A program made the translations under genes and the position numbers. This document shows, in pieces, positions 38,422 through 51,430 of a stretch of 64,000 nt of DNA. The notes beneath the pieces were generated by a model, which was given only the letters and a program-made list of their open reading frames with translations, did not search any database and was not told the DNA's origin. Source of the DNA: Eledone cirrhosa (Eukaryota). The stretch spans positions 235,166,001 through 235,230,000 of the forward strand of contig OZ024742.1 in assembly GCA_964016885.1 (NCBI GenBank), in the 5' to 3' direction. Positions within the stretch are counted from its first letter, which is position 1; each line of letters starts with the position of its first letter.

Positions 38422-38766
38422 TTAACCCTTTAGCATTTACATTACTCTATATTTACTATTATATTTTCATGGAAAAGGCTTTCTCTCACATAATATTGAA
38501 GCTACAAGATTTTGATGGCAGTATCGGTAGAGGGTCGGACGCCATGTTTTCCAGCATTGTTACATCCCTTTACGATCTAAGTTCAAATCCCGCCAAGGTT
38601 GACTTTGCCTTTCATCCTTACGGGGTCGATAAAATAAAGTACCAGTAATGCACTGGGTAATTGCTGGCCTTGTGCCAAAAGTAGAAACAATTATTTATTT
38701 TGAAAACAATACCTTAACATAAGTATCAGCAGCCAGTTATGGCCAGTTTAAATGCAAAAGGGTTAA
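38422..38766. mobile_element. piggyBac-like MITE containing a nested Meta-like SINE (~38515-38695)
   Basis: TTAACCCTTTAGCATTT...AAATGCAAAAGGGTTAA with the SINE core inside. Confidence 0.75.
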
Positions 38767-41700
38767 CACACTGCACCATATGAAACCAAATCAGCAAGGC
38801 ATTCTTGAACAGCATTACATTAAAAATTAAAATCTTTAAAACTGCAAATTTTCATGAAGATCTGTCCCCTATTAAAAATACTATAAACATTTGAATTAAA
38901 CTGTTTTTAGATATTTTCTGTTAAACTAATACAGGATCTTAACAGGTAAATGTTTCCTATTTAAATTAAAATCTTCCAACATAATTTGTCATGCTAATGT
39001 AGTTTTATGTGTTGCAGAATGTTAAGAGTTGATATTGTGTAAGTATTCGCTGTTTTCAGAATGAAGCCATTCGCTTTCAACTTGTCAACTGACATTTGAA
39101 GTACATAATCCAAAGAAATTATGCATGGTTTCTATGGCTAAATGTTCTTCCTCGCACCAGCCACCTTATGCCATTAGCAACAATGTCAAAAACGTTGTGT
39201 TGCCCTCAAGAGAGTACCATGACTTGGGTATCTTTGTACAGCATCATATTTTGATAACAATTTCTGTTGGTTTGCCATACACCAGGAGTTTTTCCTCCAT
39301 TTTGCCTCTGTGTATGGGATCAAAAGCTTTCGAAAATCAACACAAATTAATTTAAATAGATGTATTTTATTATAAATATGGTCATGAAAGTATTAAACAG
39401 TCTGACATTTGTAAATTGACAACTCATTCAGCTAGAGATTAAAATGAAAGGAAATTGATTTTATTTGTATATTGTTGCCATTATTCGACTGTATCAGAGA
39501 TGTAGTGGAAAGATAGAAACAGTATTCAATTAGTCTAGAATAAATCCAAGCTTACTAATGTAATTATGTAATTAAGGAAACAAATGATAAATTGCCTTGA
39601 AATGGTATTTTTTATTTTCTACAATTTTAATCTTTCATTAAAAATTGCTTTGAGAAACATTTTAATACTTTTGATACCAACCCATCTAAAACCACCCTTT
39701 GTTCTATGATACTATGCTGTTTATTTTAAAGAATTTTATTTATCTAAAAAAAATTTCCTTGATAATTTTATGTAAGAACCTTTATGTTCCAAATACCAGC
39801 TTAATAATGAGTACATTAATCATTCAAAACGATTTGAAAATAATAGGTAGTATCTTTCATTAGAAATATGGCAATGAAAGGGTTTAAACTGTTGATGTAA
39901 CACCAAATGTCAATCTCTTTTCCAGATCATACTATAATTCTAATTCCAGTTAGTCAACTGTTAAGTTGACTGTTACTATTGAAAGGAATAAGACAGTGTA
40001 ATTGATGAACCAGCTGTGCATCAGATTTACAACATTTCTCAACCTATTTAACATCACCACCCACTTTCAAACAAGAAAAGTTCTAAATGGTACCAAAAAA
40101 TGTTATCTCTTACATCATCGTCGTTTTACATGTTTTTCATGCTTGCTGGGTCATCACAGTCCAAAACAAGGTATGGTTAGATAATCATGTCCTGCTCATA
40201 CAATCTATATTTTAGTGTGGTATCTATGGCTATATATCCTTCCTAATGCTAACCATTTTATAGTGTGTACTGGATGAATTTTATTGCAATACCAGTACTA
40301 GCGAAATTGTCATGTCTCCAAACTATTACAAGATTCATTGATGAAAGTATTGTAAAGTAATAATATCAAATGTTTGGTACACAATATTTTTAGTACACAG
40401 CATTTTTATGTATCATCATAAGGTTCCAGTTACCAACACTCCTTGGTTTTGTGTTTATATTTATCTAAAAACCTTCCATTGGAACTTTTAATTTGTGTTC
40501 CAAACACTGGCTTAGTGAGAAGGTTATATTACTAAATCACTCCAAATTCTCGATTGTTTTCAAAATGATTTGCAAATTATAGGAAGTGACTTTCATTAGA
40601 AATATGGAAATGAAAGAGTTAAGTGCTTCCGTAGATGGGAGTAAGAATCCAATTTACTTTAATAACAGTCTTGCTTGCCATTAAGCCACTATTGAGTTGT
40701 AAAATCAGTCATTTTGTAACTTTATTAATTCTTCTTGCCTATCTTCACAATTAATTGCTTGAATTTACTATACCAAACTGGAACAGATAATGCAATAATA
40801 TCTTGGAACCACTGTGCCATGTAATGATTGCAAATAGTCAAAATAGATAATATATATCGACTGGTCACCAAATATATGTTGAACTGATTAATTCAATTTC
40901 CATTTGCTGTGTTTTATTTATCTCTTATATGAAGAATAGCAGGCTATTGTGCATGTGTGCATGTGTGTGTATGCATGCGTGCTTGAGATTATATGCTCAT
41001 AAACCAATTCATCTTTCATTATTGACATTAGTAGATTTGATGTCTGGAAATGTTCATCCTATAGGCACTTGAAGTGGAGAACATATATATGAACAATATT
41101 TCATTTAATTTTTTATACCAAACTGTCTGAAACCACCTTTGGTTTTACAATACAAAACTGTTTTATTTTGTTTATATTTATTAATTTTATGTAAGAACCT
41201 TTGTCCCAAACACCAGTTTAATGAGAAAGTTATATTACTAAATCCCTTGAAATTCTAAATTAATTTCAAAATGATTTAAAAACCATATGGTAAAAAAAAA
41301 GGGTTAATATATTTCGAACATCTAGTTTTATGACAGATGTTAGAACCATGATTTGTTATTTTAATTTAAATCAAAAGATGAACGTATTTTAAATACCAAA
41401 GAATAAAAGGAAATTCAACAAAATAATCCACACTGACAGACAGCCAGAATTAAAATATTAGATCATAAGGGCCATTTCTGTTCTTTCTACGCTCATGTAT
41501 TAGTTCTAATGCAATTATAGAATGTGCATTAAATTCCCACTTGACGAGCCACTATTACCTGAGGCTGGTTGGTGAGAACTCACAGGAATTTAGTCTGCCA
41601 GTGATTATCAAAATTTTAAGAATATATAAATATGGTTTCTTGAATACAGCCTTATTATATTACAAGTAACTTAATGCAGCCTTTCAACATGAAAAGGTAC

Positions 41701-41869
41701 CCCACCTCTGCTCTAGTATATCATCCTACAAACAAATCTTTGATAAGGCTGCACCTTATTACAATAAAGTATAAGCAAGAAGTGGCTTCACAGAAGAAAT
41801 AGTATACATGAAGAAATAGCATTTTGAGCTTGATAATTCTGTCACTAACTCTAACTACCTCTTCTTCGA

Positions 41870-42575
41870 TTGTTGTTTGAGATTCGGTTGCATAAAGATG
41901 CCAAGGATCTGATGAAGACATCGCATTTGGAATACCCCAAGTTGTTCAGGTATTGTTTGAGGATGGACCAGATCTCAGCACTGTTGAGGACAGGTAGGAC
42001 CAGTGTGTGGAAAAGATGGATCTTGGTTCTTAGGGAGATATGAGATTTATTCCAGACATACCATCAAAGAGATCTAAATGCAAAGTCACAGACCAAATTT
42101 GGCAGTTGATCTCTGCTGTTGACGGCGCTTTTTCTCTGCAACCAGTGAGCCAGGATATTTGAACTCGCGGACCTGTTCAATCTGAATGCTATCAAGATGC
42201 ACAATGGCCAACAAGCCATCTGTTGTTAGAACTTTTGTCTTTGCCGCATTGATCCTGAGACCATAAGACTGAGCAGAGCAAGATATCTGTTGCTTCAGCA
42301 TCGTTGTTGGTGAAAACGGTGCTATCATCATCAAACATGAGGTTGGTCACGGATTTTGTTGGCATCAAATTGTACACCACTTTGTCTTTCGAAAGCTTGC
42401 TGTATGATGCTGTCAATAATAACATTCAACAGTAGAGGCAAGACCACATCTTGTCGCACACCTGTCCTGATGGCGAATTCCTCGGAGAGGTCATTTCTAA
42501 TCCGGACTAAACCTGTTGAACCAACATAGGTTGAGTGTAGAAGCAAAATGATCTTCCAAGGCACCTGTTTCATTT
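41870..42575 (-). mobile_element. Decayed RTE-group LINE of a different lineage (no PHD insert)
   Basis: TGVRQD..LPLLL, GLRINAAKTKVL...IEQVREFKYPGS. Confidence 0.75.
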
Positions 42576-44410
42576 CCAACGATCTCACTGATATTACTAT
42601 GGAGTCTAGAGACTCTGCACACATTACAGACTTAGTTGGAAATTACCTAACCTATATCCTACATAATGAATTTGCTAACCTTCACAGAGGAATATATAAA
42701 GATGATGATCTATTTGATTGGAATTTTAATGATCAAAAGTTTGAAAAAAAAACAAAAAGTCTATAAGATACTTCTTCAAAAGCATATGGGCCTGAAAATA
42801 ACTTTCGAGCATAACTATAAGCTAGCTAATTTCCTAGATGTTACACTCAACCTCAATTCTAACCCGTTTGAACTTTACCGTAAAATTAATGAAAATCTAA
42901 CATATTAGCTAATATTCCAATCACCCTAAATCCATGATAAATTCCATCACCATGTGTGTATCACTTAAGATCTGTAAACTTTCAACCTCCATAGATACAT
43001 TTAATGCACATGCAGATTGTTACAATGCAGCAGTATAGAGCGCTAGTTATGAGGAAAGAATAGATTTTATTCCTAATATTAACGACATTCAACAACATCA
43101 TAACCAATTTCTGAAACAAGAAGGAATACACCATGTACACACCATTATAAATCAGGTAGAAACAGCAATACCATAACCTACAATTCGGAAAATATACCAG
43201 TTGGAACAACAGCTGAATCTCTAAAAAGATACCTTGCTGGCAAAATATCTGAACGATCCTGAAGCAAATCATACCTATGGTATAATCCTCCACACAACTT
43301 AGTTAAGACTAAACTATCCTATATATTCTTCAATACTAGTTAAGAACTTTCCACCATCACTTAGATACTACAAAATTTTAAACAAAAATACAGTCAGACT
43401 ATCAAACTCAAATACAACGAACTTAGTAAATTATAAAGCAGGACTAGATATGCCTCTGAAAACACAGTAGCAGTAACCAAACCTCAATTCAAAGTAATAA
43501 CCTGTCCTCATCTTCATCTCAACCCACTGTACACACCAAACCAACAACAGCAAGCAGCCCACCAACACATCTATCCTAAACGATAGAACAAAAACAGATT
43601 TTAATCGACATGCACTGGTATATTGTAACTATAGAAAATGCACGAGTAACAACATTGTGTACCAGTGCGAAGTTACAAGCCATAGAATATTTATATATGT
43701 GGGGTCCACATCCAACTTTTTAAAAAAAACCATGGTATATACAAATTCCAAAGCTTCAAAAATCTACCACTTTGGCTAGGAAAATATGGGAATTAAAAGA
43801 TGAAAAAATAAAATGTTGTGGTTCATTCTACAATTCGCCTACCCCTACCAACATGAAAGAAAGGGTTGTGATCTTTGTGCGATGGAAGTACTGGAAATCT
43901 TGACAGGAAAGAAATTACTGAGCTCTAGACAAGATAGGATATTCAACTGTAAGCACAAATACCTAAAAACATTTTCTAATTATAACCCTTACTAGCCCAT
44001 GTTTAGAACCTATTACCCTACCACCATTTCACAATTTCTGCCAGTTTTATTACATTGACAAGTGGCCCCAAATCCATTATTTCAGCTTCATTTTTATCTG
44101 TAACTGTCATGCTGTTACTACTAATATTAAAGAGATTTACGGCCTGTTAATTGTTTTACAATAGTAACTTCCATCACTTATACGATCCCCTTTGATCTAT
44201 AGATTAACTATTTCTCAACCAATAATATATCTCATTTATGTAGTCCCAAAAATTGCTGGAAGCCCATAAGTCAACTTATCAATCTTTCCTCTTCATATTC
44301 AATACTAGTATCACTGAAATTCTAAAACTGTATTCATTTTCTGAAGATTCGTTGAGTAACAGTGTATTTAGAGGGAATGCATTAACTTTCAGTTATTTAT
44401 CAGAAACAAC
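42576..44410 (+). mobile_element. Decayed Penelope-like element (RT + GIY-YIG endonuclease)
   Basis: DITM.SRDSAHITDLVG, IYKDD, GLKITF...NFLDVTLNL, SNHPKS, IVYQCEV...IYVGST, CDLC..E.LEI...CKHK. Confidence 0.8.
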
Positions 44411-44514
44411 AACCAAAAACTAACAGAAATAAATATGCAAAAAAATATTATAGGTTTCACAAGTGTTATTTTTAGTAGTGTTTCCGTAAATCAAAAAAAT
44501 ACCCGCAAAATTTA

Positions 44515-45697
44515 ATGAGGCTGACACACATATACAACAGGATGATTCTTAACAGGATCCAGCCCAAGATGAAGAAGCTTAGTGACAACCAGAAGGGCTT
44601 CAGAGAGGGAAGATCAACCACCAGTCACATCCTGATGCTGAGAAGAATTTTAGAGGGAGCTAGAGCAAAGAGCCTTGTTATGGTTTTCATTGACTTCAGG
44701 TAGGCCTTTGATTCTGTGGACCGAGACTGCCCGATGAAGATCTTACAGGCTTATGGAATCCCCAAGAAGATAGTGGACATGATATCACTGCTCTACAACA
44801 ACACTAAGTCATTCTGATGAGATGACAGTTCTTTGAGATACTGGCTGGAGTGCTCCAGGGCGATACATTGGCTCCCTACCTTTTCATCATTGCAGTCGAC
44901 TATTGTCTGCACCTTAGACTGGAGAAACACCAGGACTAGGGCTCAGAACAAGAGAGTTAAGGCTAAAAAGATATCAGATACTGAATTTTCTGACGACATA
45001 GCTTTGGTTACAAACACAGAGGAGTTAATGTGAGAGGTAGAGACTGTCGATAAGTGTGGAGCTGAGAATGAATGATAGTAAGACAAAGTATCTGGTAGAG
45101 AAAATCAAGGAGCCAGAGAAGATTATGAATGTGGACGGGAAGCCGCTAGAACTGGTTGAGGACTTCCTGTATCTGGGAGCAAAGATTGGGAACACAGAAG
45201 ATGATGTGGTTGAGAGGAAGAGCAAAGCCTGGGCGGCGTGTCACAGTTTGAGGTCGGTGTGGAAATCGGACCTTCGTCGCTACATTGGAGTCTGTGCTGC
45301 TGTACGGGTCTGAGACTCGAACACTGACCAAGAGACTCACTCAGATGGTGGGTGGGTGCTACACGATGATGCTTATGATGGCTCTGAACAGCAATCAGTA
45401 TGCACTGAGGATGAAGTACTCAGAGCTGTATGGGAGCCTCCCAAAAGTCAGCTCGGAAGTGACACAGAGGATACTGAGGTTAGCTGGACATGTTCACCGA
45501 CAGTCAGAGTTGACACTGCACTCAGTAGTCCTGTGGGAGCCCCTGAGCGGACACACTGGAAGAGGGAGACCGAGGATGACATATGTTGATGCCCTAAAGC
45601 CAGACACTGGTCTCTGTGAGACACAGGACATAGCGGCGATGATAAAGGACAGAGACCGCTGGAGAGAACTCGTCCATGGATCTCGGGATTTTTAACT
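44515..45697 (+). mobile_element. RTE-group LINE, further lineage, 5'-truncated (no PHD insert)
   Basis: NQKGFREGRST, FIDFR*AFDS, GVLQGDTLAPYLF, FSDDIAL, KTKY...EDFLYLG, LLYGSET, GRPRMTY. Confidence 0.85.
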
Positions 45698-45723
45698 GCC
45701 CTATATATATACATACACACACA

Positions 45724-45790
45724 CGCGAGAGTAGGCTGAAAAGTTCATAGGCTGACTATGAAGAAGTGATACTAGAGTTGTGAAATCTTG
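45724..45790 (+). mobile_element. Possible mariner-type terminal fragment
   Basis: cgagagtaggctgaaaagttc resembles mariner TIR starts; no partner end was seen. Confidence 0.35.
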
Positions 45791-47253
45791 CTTGCATTTT
45801 TTTTTTTTTTTTTTCAGTGAGGAAAACCTACCCCTGAGTCTAAGGAACTCGCATGCCAAGTTTGAACATGATTGGTTCACTGGTTTTTAAGTGCATTGGA
45901 GACAAACAGTCAAACAATCGAGCTAGTGTGTGTATGTATGTGTGTGTGTGCGTAAAAAAGGTAAACAGAAATAACAACACAATCGGTACAGTATATGGAA
46001 GGAATATATTAGGTTAACGCTTGAAATAGCATGCTCAGAGAAACATCAACGCTGAAACTTTGAAATCACTGCCACTTTTTTCTTCGGAAAATAAACTCTG
46101 CTCACGTGTATTGAGTGCTCATTCATTTAATGTTTGAATGTTCTATGTACTGTACATAAAATACTCCTCCATTGTGTTTGTGTGTACACACACACACACG
46201 GTTCTAACAAATTATCTGTTTGTAACTCATACCTAAGACATTAACGAAGAAACAAACTCTAGATACTTCTAATTCGGTTCATACTATGCTGATGAAACCA
46301 TAATTGTCAATTTTGATGCAGAATTAATATAAAATTAGAATTGTTACTGTCGTTTCTGACAATGTTAATGGTGTGGGTCTTTTTCTTCTTGTATGCTAAA
46401 CTAAAGCTCAACCAACATATGTATATGTTTTGCGTTTTGAATCAACAATTAAGCAAACTAACTTGTTGCTTTATTTTTGTTGTTGTTGTTCGTGTTTCCT
46501 TTATGAAATAAGAAACTTTGTGTGAGACATAGTGGTTTCTAATTTAGGCTGAATGCCAGAAATTTGGGGTGAAGGATCCGTAGATTACATAGACATCGGT
46601 ACACCCGGAAAGATGAAAGGCAAAGTTAACCTCGGTGGGATTTAAACTAAAAAAATAAGGAGTCATAACCAAATACCGTAATTTATTATTTTACCGACAC
46701 TATTCTGCCAATCTACCGCCCTTTTTGTATGATATTTAATGATAATTATTGACAATAATACAAGTTTGTTTGTTTGTTTTTTAAATAGCAAACATTTTCA
46801 GATCGATATAAATTTGTAGGGAAAGAGAAATATTAAGTCACCATATCAGTGTTCGCTGAAGTATAACGATCGTAAGTGAAGCAATTCCAAATGCAAACTA
46901 ACGTTTGACTCTATTCACCGTAAACACTGCTGTACACTGCATTCGCCCCTACACTTATGTTAATAATGATTGTTATGGTATATCGAAAGGATATATTCAG
47001 GTGAAGTGAAATGTCCTTAATAGCTTACCTACACTCTGCAGTAAATCTAATAATGTAAAACCATTAAACAAAGTGGCAGCATGTGAATGCATTTAAATGA
47101 GATAGCTCAAAGGAGTTTCACATATTCAAGCTAATCTAAACAGATACCCAGAGTGTACCAGAACAGCAAAGAAAAAAATAACTAAAATCTACTTCATGAA
47201 AACTAGACACTGTCTGTTTTAATCATCAAATCAAACCATCTATAAAAGCTTAC

Positions 47254-47764
47254 CTTCCAACGTAACTTCTTTACCGGCCTTTTTCAAAGCTTTAACAGCT
47301 TCGTCATGTGTAGCATCCCGTAAATCTTCTCCATTCACAGATATTATAGCATCACCAACATATAGTTTCTCCGTTTTGTCAGCAGCCATGCTCTTAAAAA
47401 TCTTACTAATTAAAATAGGCATTTTGTTTTCTTTCCCACCTTTTATACTAATGCCAAGTCCATTTGCTTCTTCTTTAATCACACGAACAATTCGTTTTTG
47501 TCCAGTGATGCCATCCGGTAAATGAGAGGGTCCGCCGCAGACATTTCGGAGCATCAGTGGTGCCCCGTCTTTCTCATTGCTGTCCGAAACGCCATTGCTG
47601 ACTCCATTGGCAATAGATGAGGCGTCTGGGTTTTCATCCAAGGTAAGCACCAAGGATTCTTCAGTAAGAGACACATAGACCCAACACCATTGTTGTCGGA
47701 AATAGACTTCGTAGAGACCCGAACGTGAGACACTAGCCCCAGCTGCTGCAGCCACCGCCGCCAT
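47254..47764 (-). CDS. SNTB1: Syntrophin (beta-1/alpha-type), coding exon 1: N-terminal half of split PH1 domain plus PDZ domain
   Basis: MAAVAAAAG...RSGLYEVY...[78 protein letters not shown] is the syntrophin PDZ signature. ATG at 47764; donor G|GTAAGC at 47254/47253 (phase 1). The paralog assignment is approximate. Confidence 0.93.
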
Positions 47765-47768
47765 CTTG
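47757..47768 (-). promoter_or_regulatory. YY1 / TISU-type element overlapping the syntrophin start codon
   Basis: Minus strand CAAGATGGCGGC is an exact fit to SAASATGGCGGC. Confidence 0.5.
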
Positions 47769-48801
47769 ACCTTGAAATCGACAAACAAAACCACGTGACT
47801 GACATTCACTACCGAAACGGGAGCTTCCCTATTTTAGTCGTTATACTCTTGTTTTCGTTTTATCAGCCAAATTATTTACCTGTAGCACTTTATTCATTTA
47901 GCCTAACAATAGCATCGACTCGCCGACACTGATAATACGGGATTATAGGATTAACACACTTATAGATATATCTAACCGACATTTAAAATATGTAAATAAA
48001 TCCAGAGATACTTGTCGCTTGTTAATAAAACAAGGTGCGTGAATAAGACAGGTTTTTTTTTTCATTTCACTAAACAACTGTAAAAATATAATAAGTAAAA
48101 ATTACAGTTAATTTAACTTTAAATGTTGTCGAGCGACGGTCAAAAACTTTGTGGTATTCAGTTGCATACCTTTACGTTCTAAGTTCAAATCTCACCGCGA
48201 TCTACTTTAAGCTTCGTCCTTCTAAAATTGATAAAATAATTGACAGTTGAGTACTGCAGTCTCATAGATTATACCCAAATTTGATGTCTTGTGATTATGT
48301 TAGAAATTAAATTCGACTATTATATATATATACACATGAGGGCAAATTCCTATAAGGCTTCTATGTTAAAGTGAAACTAATAATATGATGTTTTGATAAA
48401 ACGATTGTAGTAAATAAGTGAATGAAAATATTTATATATATATATATGTAATATATAATATATTTTTTTATATATGTATATGTATAAGGGAAAGAAAATG
48501 TGTGTATATTTTAGTAAGGCATAACCGTCAACATAATACAGTATTACAAATAGAAAGAGAAAAAAATACACAAACAGGTAATACACACATACAATGAAAG
48601 GCAAGCGAAAGGGGTGGATAAAAGATAACAATATCGCGATGAACACTGGGAAACCTCTCTAATAGTTTTGAGGCAAGCCAGCACGCTCGCAGCGTTACCT
48701 CGAGTGATGGCGAGGCTGATGCGCTGGAATAGTCAAGCGCCCTCACGAGCATCACCAGTTAACTATCTCTACTAAAGTTTATTTCATATATACATAGATA
48801 A

Positions 48802-50984
48802 CACTGGTCTGCGTTTCAAAACTTTTTTAAAAAGGTCAAGGGTTTTCCAAATGATTTAGGACCCTTTTTGCATGCTGAATTCAAAAATACAGTTTATTTT
48901 TTCTGGGTCAGGTCTGGTTTCTAAGATATAGTCTATTTCTTTTCCAGCATATTTTTCTAAAATATCGCAATCCAAGCGTTTATGGTCTTTGCTTTTGCAA
49001 AACCGGGTCGTGGGTACCCTTTAATAATTATTTTTATTTCTCTTTTCAGGTCTAGAAAAATGTATCGGAAGTGTAAAAACCATCCTAATAGGTTCTGTTA
49101 CATCTGCGGACATGTGGTTCTACCAGACCATCAAGCAAAAATCATGGATTTTGTGAAGAAGGCATATCATGCTTACTTTGGAGTCAAACTAGGGGACTAG
49201 GATAAGCTATTCGCTCCCCATATCTGCTGCAAAACATGTGTAGAGAACTTACGGGATTGGAGGAACAAGAAAAGGAAGAGTATGCCATTTGGTGTCCCAA
49301 TGGTGTGGAGGGAAGGGAAAGATCACGTTACCAACTGCTACTTTTGCATGACAAATCTAAAAGGCATCAATCACAAGAACAAGCACCATGTTCAATACCC
49401 TGATGTTCCTTCTGCCATAAAGCCAGTCCCCCATGGCCCCGATCTTCCTGAGCCAAATGTCACCATGGAATCTAGTTCTGATTCCGAATCTAGTGACATG
49501 ATTGATACAGTGTGATGAATACAGGTCAGAAGAGGACGACCAACCGGTGCCTTTGACCCAAGCCAAACTCAATGACCTGACACGAGACCTGAACCTTTAG
49601 AAGGAGTCTGCCCAGCTACTGGGTTCTCGTCTTCGAGAGAAACGTCTACTGGCGCCAGGAACAACATTCTATTGGTATCGGGACCGCGAGAGAGAATTTA
49701 GAAAATTCTTCATGTTTGATGAAGCATCTTCACTGGTCTACTGTAGCAATATTGCTGACCTGATTGAATTACTTGGTCTGAAGTATGATGCTATGGAATG
49801 GAGACTTTTCATTGACTCATCTAACAGAAGTCTCAAAGCAGTTCTTCTGACTATCGGAAACAAGTTTTCATCGATCCCTGTTGGACACTCAGTTGAAATG
49901 AAAGAATCCCACAAAAGCATGGAACGTCTGCTGTCTGCTCTGAACTACCAGAAACATAAATGGTTGATCTGTGGAGATCTTAAAGTTGTTGGACTCATCC
50001 TAGGACTTCAAGGTGGTTACACAAAGTATCCATGCTTTCTGTGCTTATGGGATAGCCGTGCTGATGACCAGCATTATGTCAGACAAGAGTGGCCATTAAG
50101 ACAAGGATTAAAACCTGGATCACACAACGTTTTGTCCCACCCTCTGGTTGAACCGAGCAAGATATTGCTTCCAACCCTTCACATCAAACTCGGTCTCATG
50201 AAGAACTTTGTAAAGGCATTGGACAGGGAAGGTGGAGGATTTGCTTTCCTCCATCAGAAGTTTCAACGAAAAAGCATGGAGAAAATTAAGGCAGGTATAT
50301 TTGATGGTCCTCAAATAAGGGAACTCATCAAGGATACTAGTTTTGATGATGCACTGAATCCTGCTGAACTCTCTGCCTGGTTCTCCCTTAAGTCAGTCAT
50401 TGCAAACTTCCTTGGCAACCACAGAAGTTCCCAGTATCAGAAGGTGGTTGATGAGTTAATGGAGAATTTCCGCCAACTTGGTGCGCGCATGTCACTGAAA
50501 ATGCACTTCCTCCAGTCTCATCTGGATTATTTTCCAGAGAATTGTGGAGACTTCAGTGAAGAACATGGTGAGCGCTTTCACCAAGATATCAGTGTTATGG
50601 AGGAACGCTATCAAGGCCGATGGGATATCAACTTTCTGGCCGACTACTGCTGGTGCCTAAAGAGGGATGCGCAGTCTGCTCAGCACAAACGGAAGTCCCT
50701 GAAGAGACCATTCATCCATGAGTAGCTTCCTTAGTTCATTATACTCTTCTTGCTATCTATTCAAAATATTTTGTAAGCCTTCTGTGAATAAATCAGTCTA
50801 ATATTTTCAATATTGCGTTTTATTCACCTACAAATAGATCGGAATTTAGGATATTTTTAATGTGCTAATATTTCATTAACCTGATCTGATTGAGTAAAAT
50901 GAGCATGATTTTTGGATTCAGTGCAAAAAACTGGCCTAAAATCATGTATTATATGTTAGACCTTGAAAACATCGCAGACCAGTG
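48802..50984 (+). mobile_element. Chapaev3-type (CMC) DNA transposon with both ends and a disrupted transposase
   Basis: Perfect 12-bp TIR CACTGGTCTGCG / CGCAGACCAGTG, imperfect subterminal IRs and a TAA duplication (48799-48801, 50985-50987). Transposase at 49060-50725 has N-terminal CYIC/HICC..C/CYFC and C-terminal ICGDLK, HIKLGLMK, LKMHFL.SHLD and SEEHGERFHQ, with stops at 49198, 49513 and ~49598. Confidence 0.85.
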
Positions 50985-51142
50985 TAATAGATACATACAG
51001 ATTGTTCAACACATGCACAGACCTGCCAACCTCTAAAAACCCAAACAGGGTGTACCATAAAAAAAAGGGTCCCAAAACGGGGAGAAATGAAGCAAAATGG
51101 GGAGATTTTACATAATGAAATCTATACCCATTTTCAGAAGAG

Positions 51143-51242
51143 AAGACATCTCTCACCCACCCCATGGGATTTTACATATATGTATTATATATATATATAA
51201 TACATATATGTAAAATCCCATGGGGTGGGTGAGAGATGTCTT
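51143..51242. repeat. Perfect 100-bp palindrome centred on (TA)n
   Basis: AAGACATCTCTCACCCACCCCATGGGATTTTACATATATGTATTATATAT followed immediately by its reverse complement. Confidence 0.95.
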
Positions 51243-51430
51243 TTCATTTATATATATATATGTATTCTGAGTTTTTCAAATATTAATAATAACATTCGAT
51301 TCGTTTGCAATTATGCAAACAAGCCTCATTTTTATAGCCATGTCAGTAGAATGAACTCTTCATTCTTGCTCTTGTGTTGCCATGTAAACAGAACTGCAGA
51401 CACTAATGTTTCTTGGTATCACCTTTCATC

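Noticed and set aside
46285-46365. CTGATGA (+) and GAAAC..GTA (-) as a hammerhead
   Set aside because: The core halves are on opposite strands and neither has its partner box.
47765-47809. Upstream in-frame ATG extending syntrophin by 15 aa
   Set aside because: The downstream ATG has the stronger context and a typical Ala-rich start; the extension is unsupported without transcripts.
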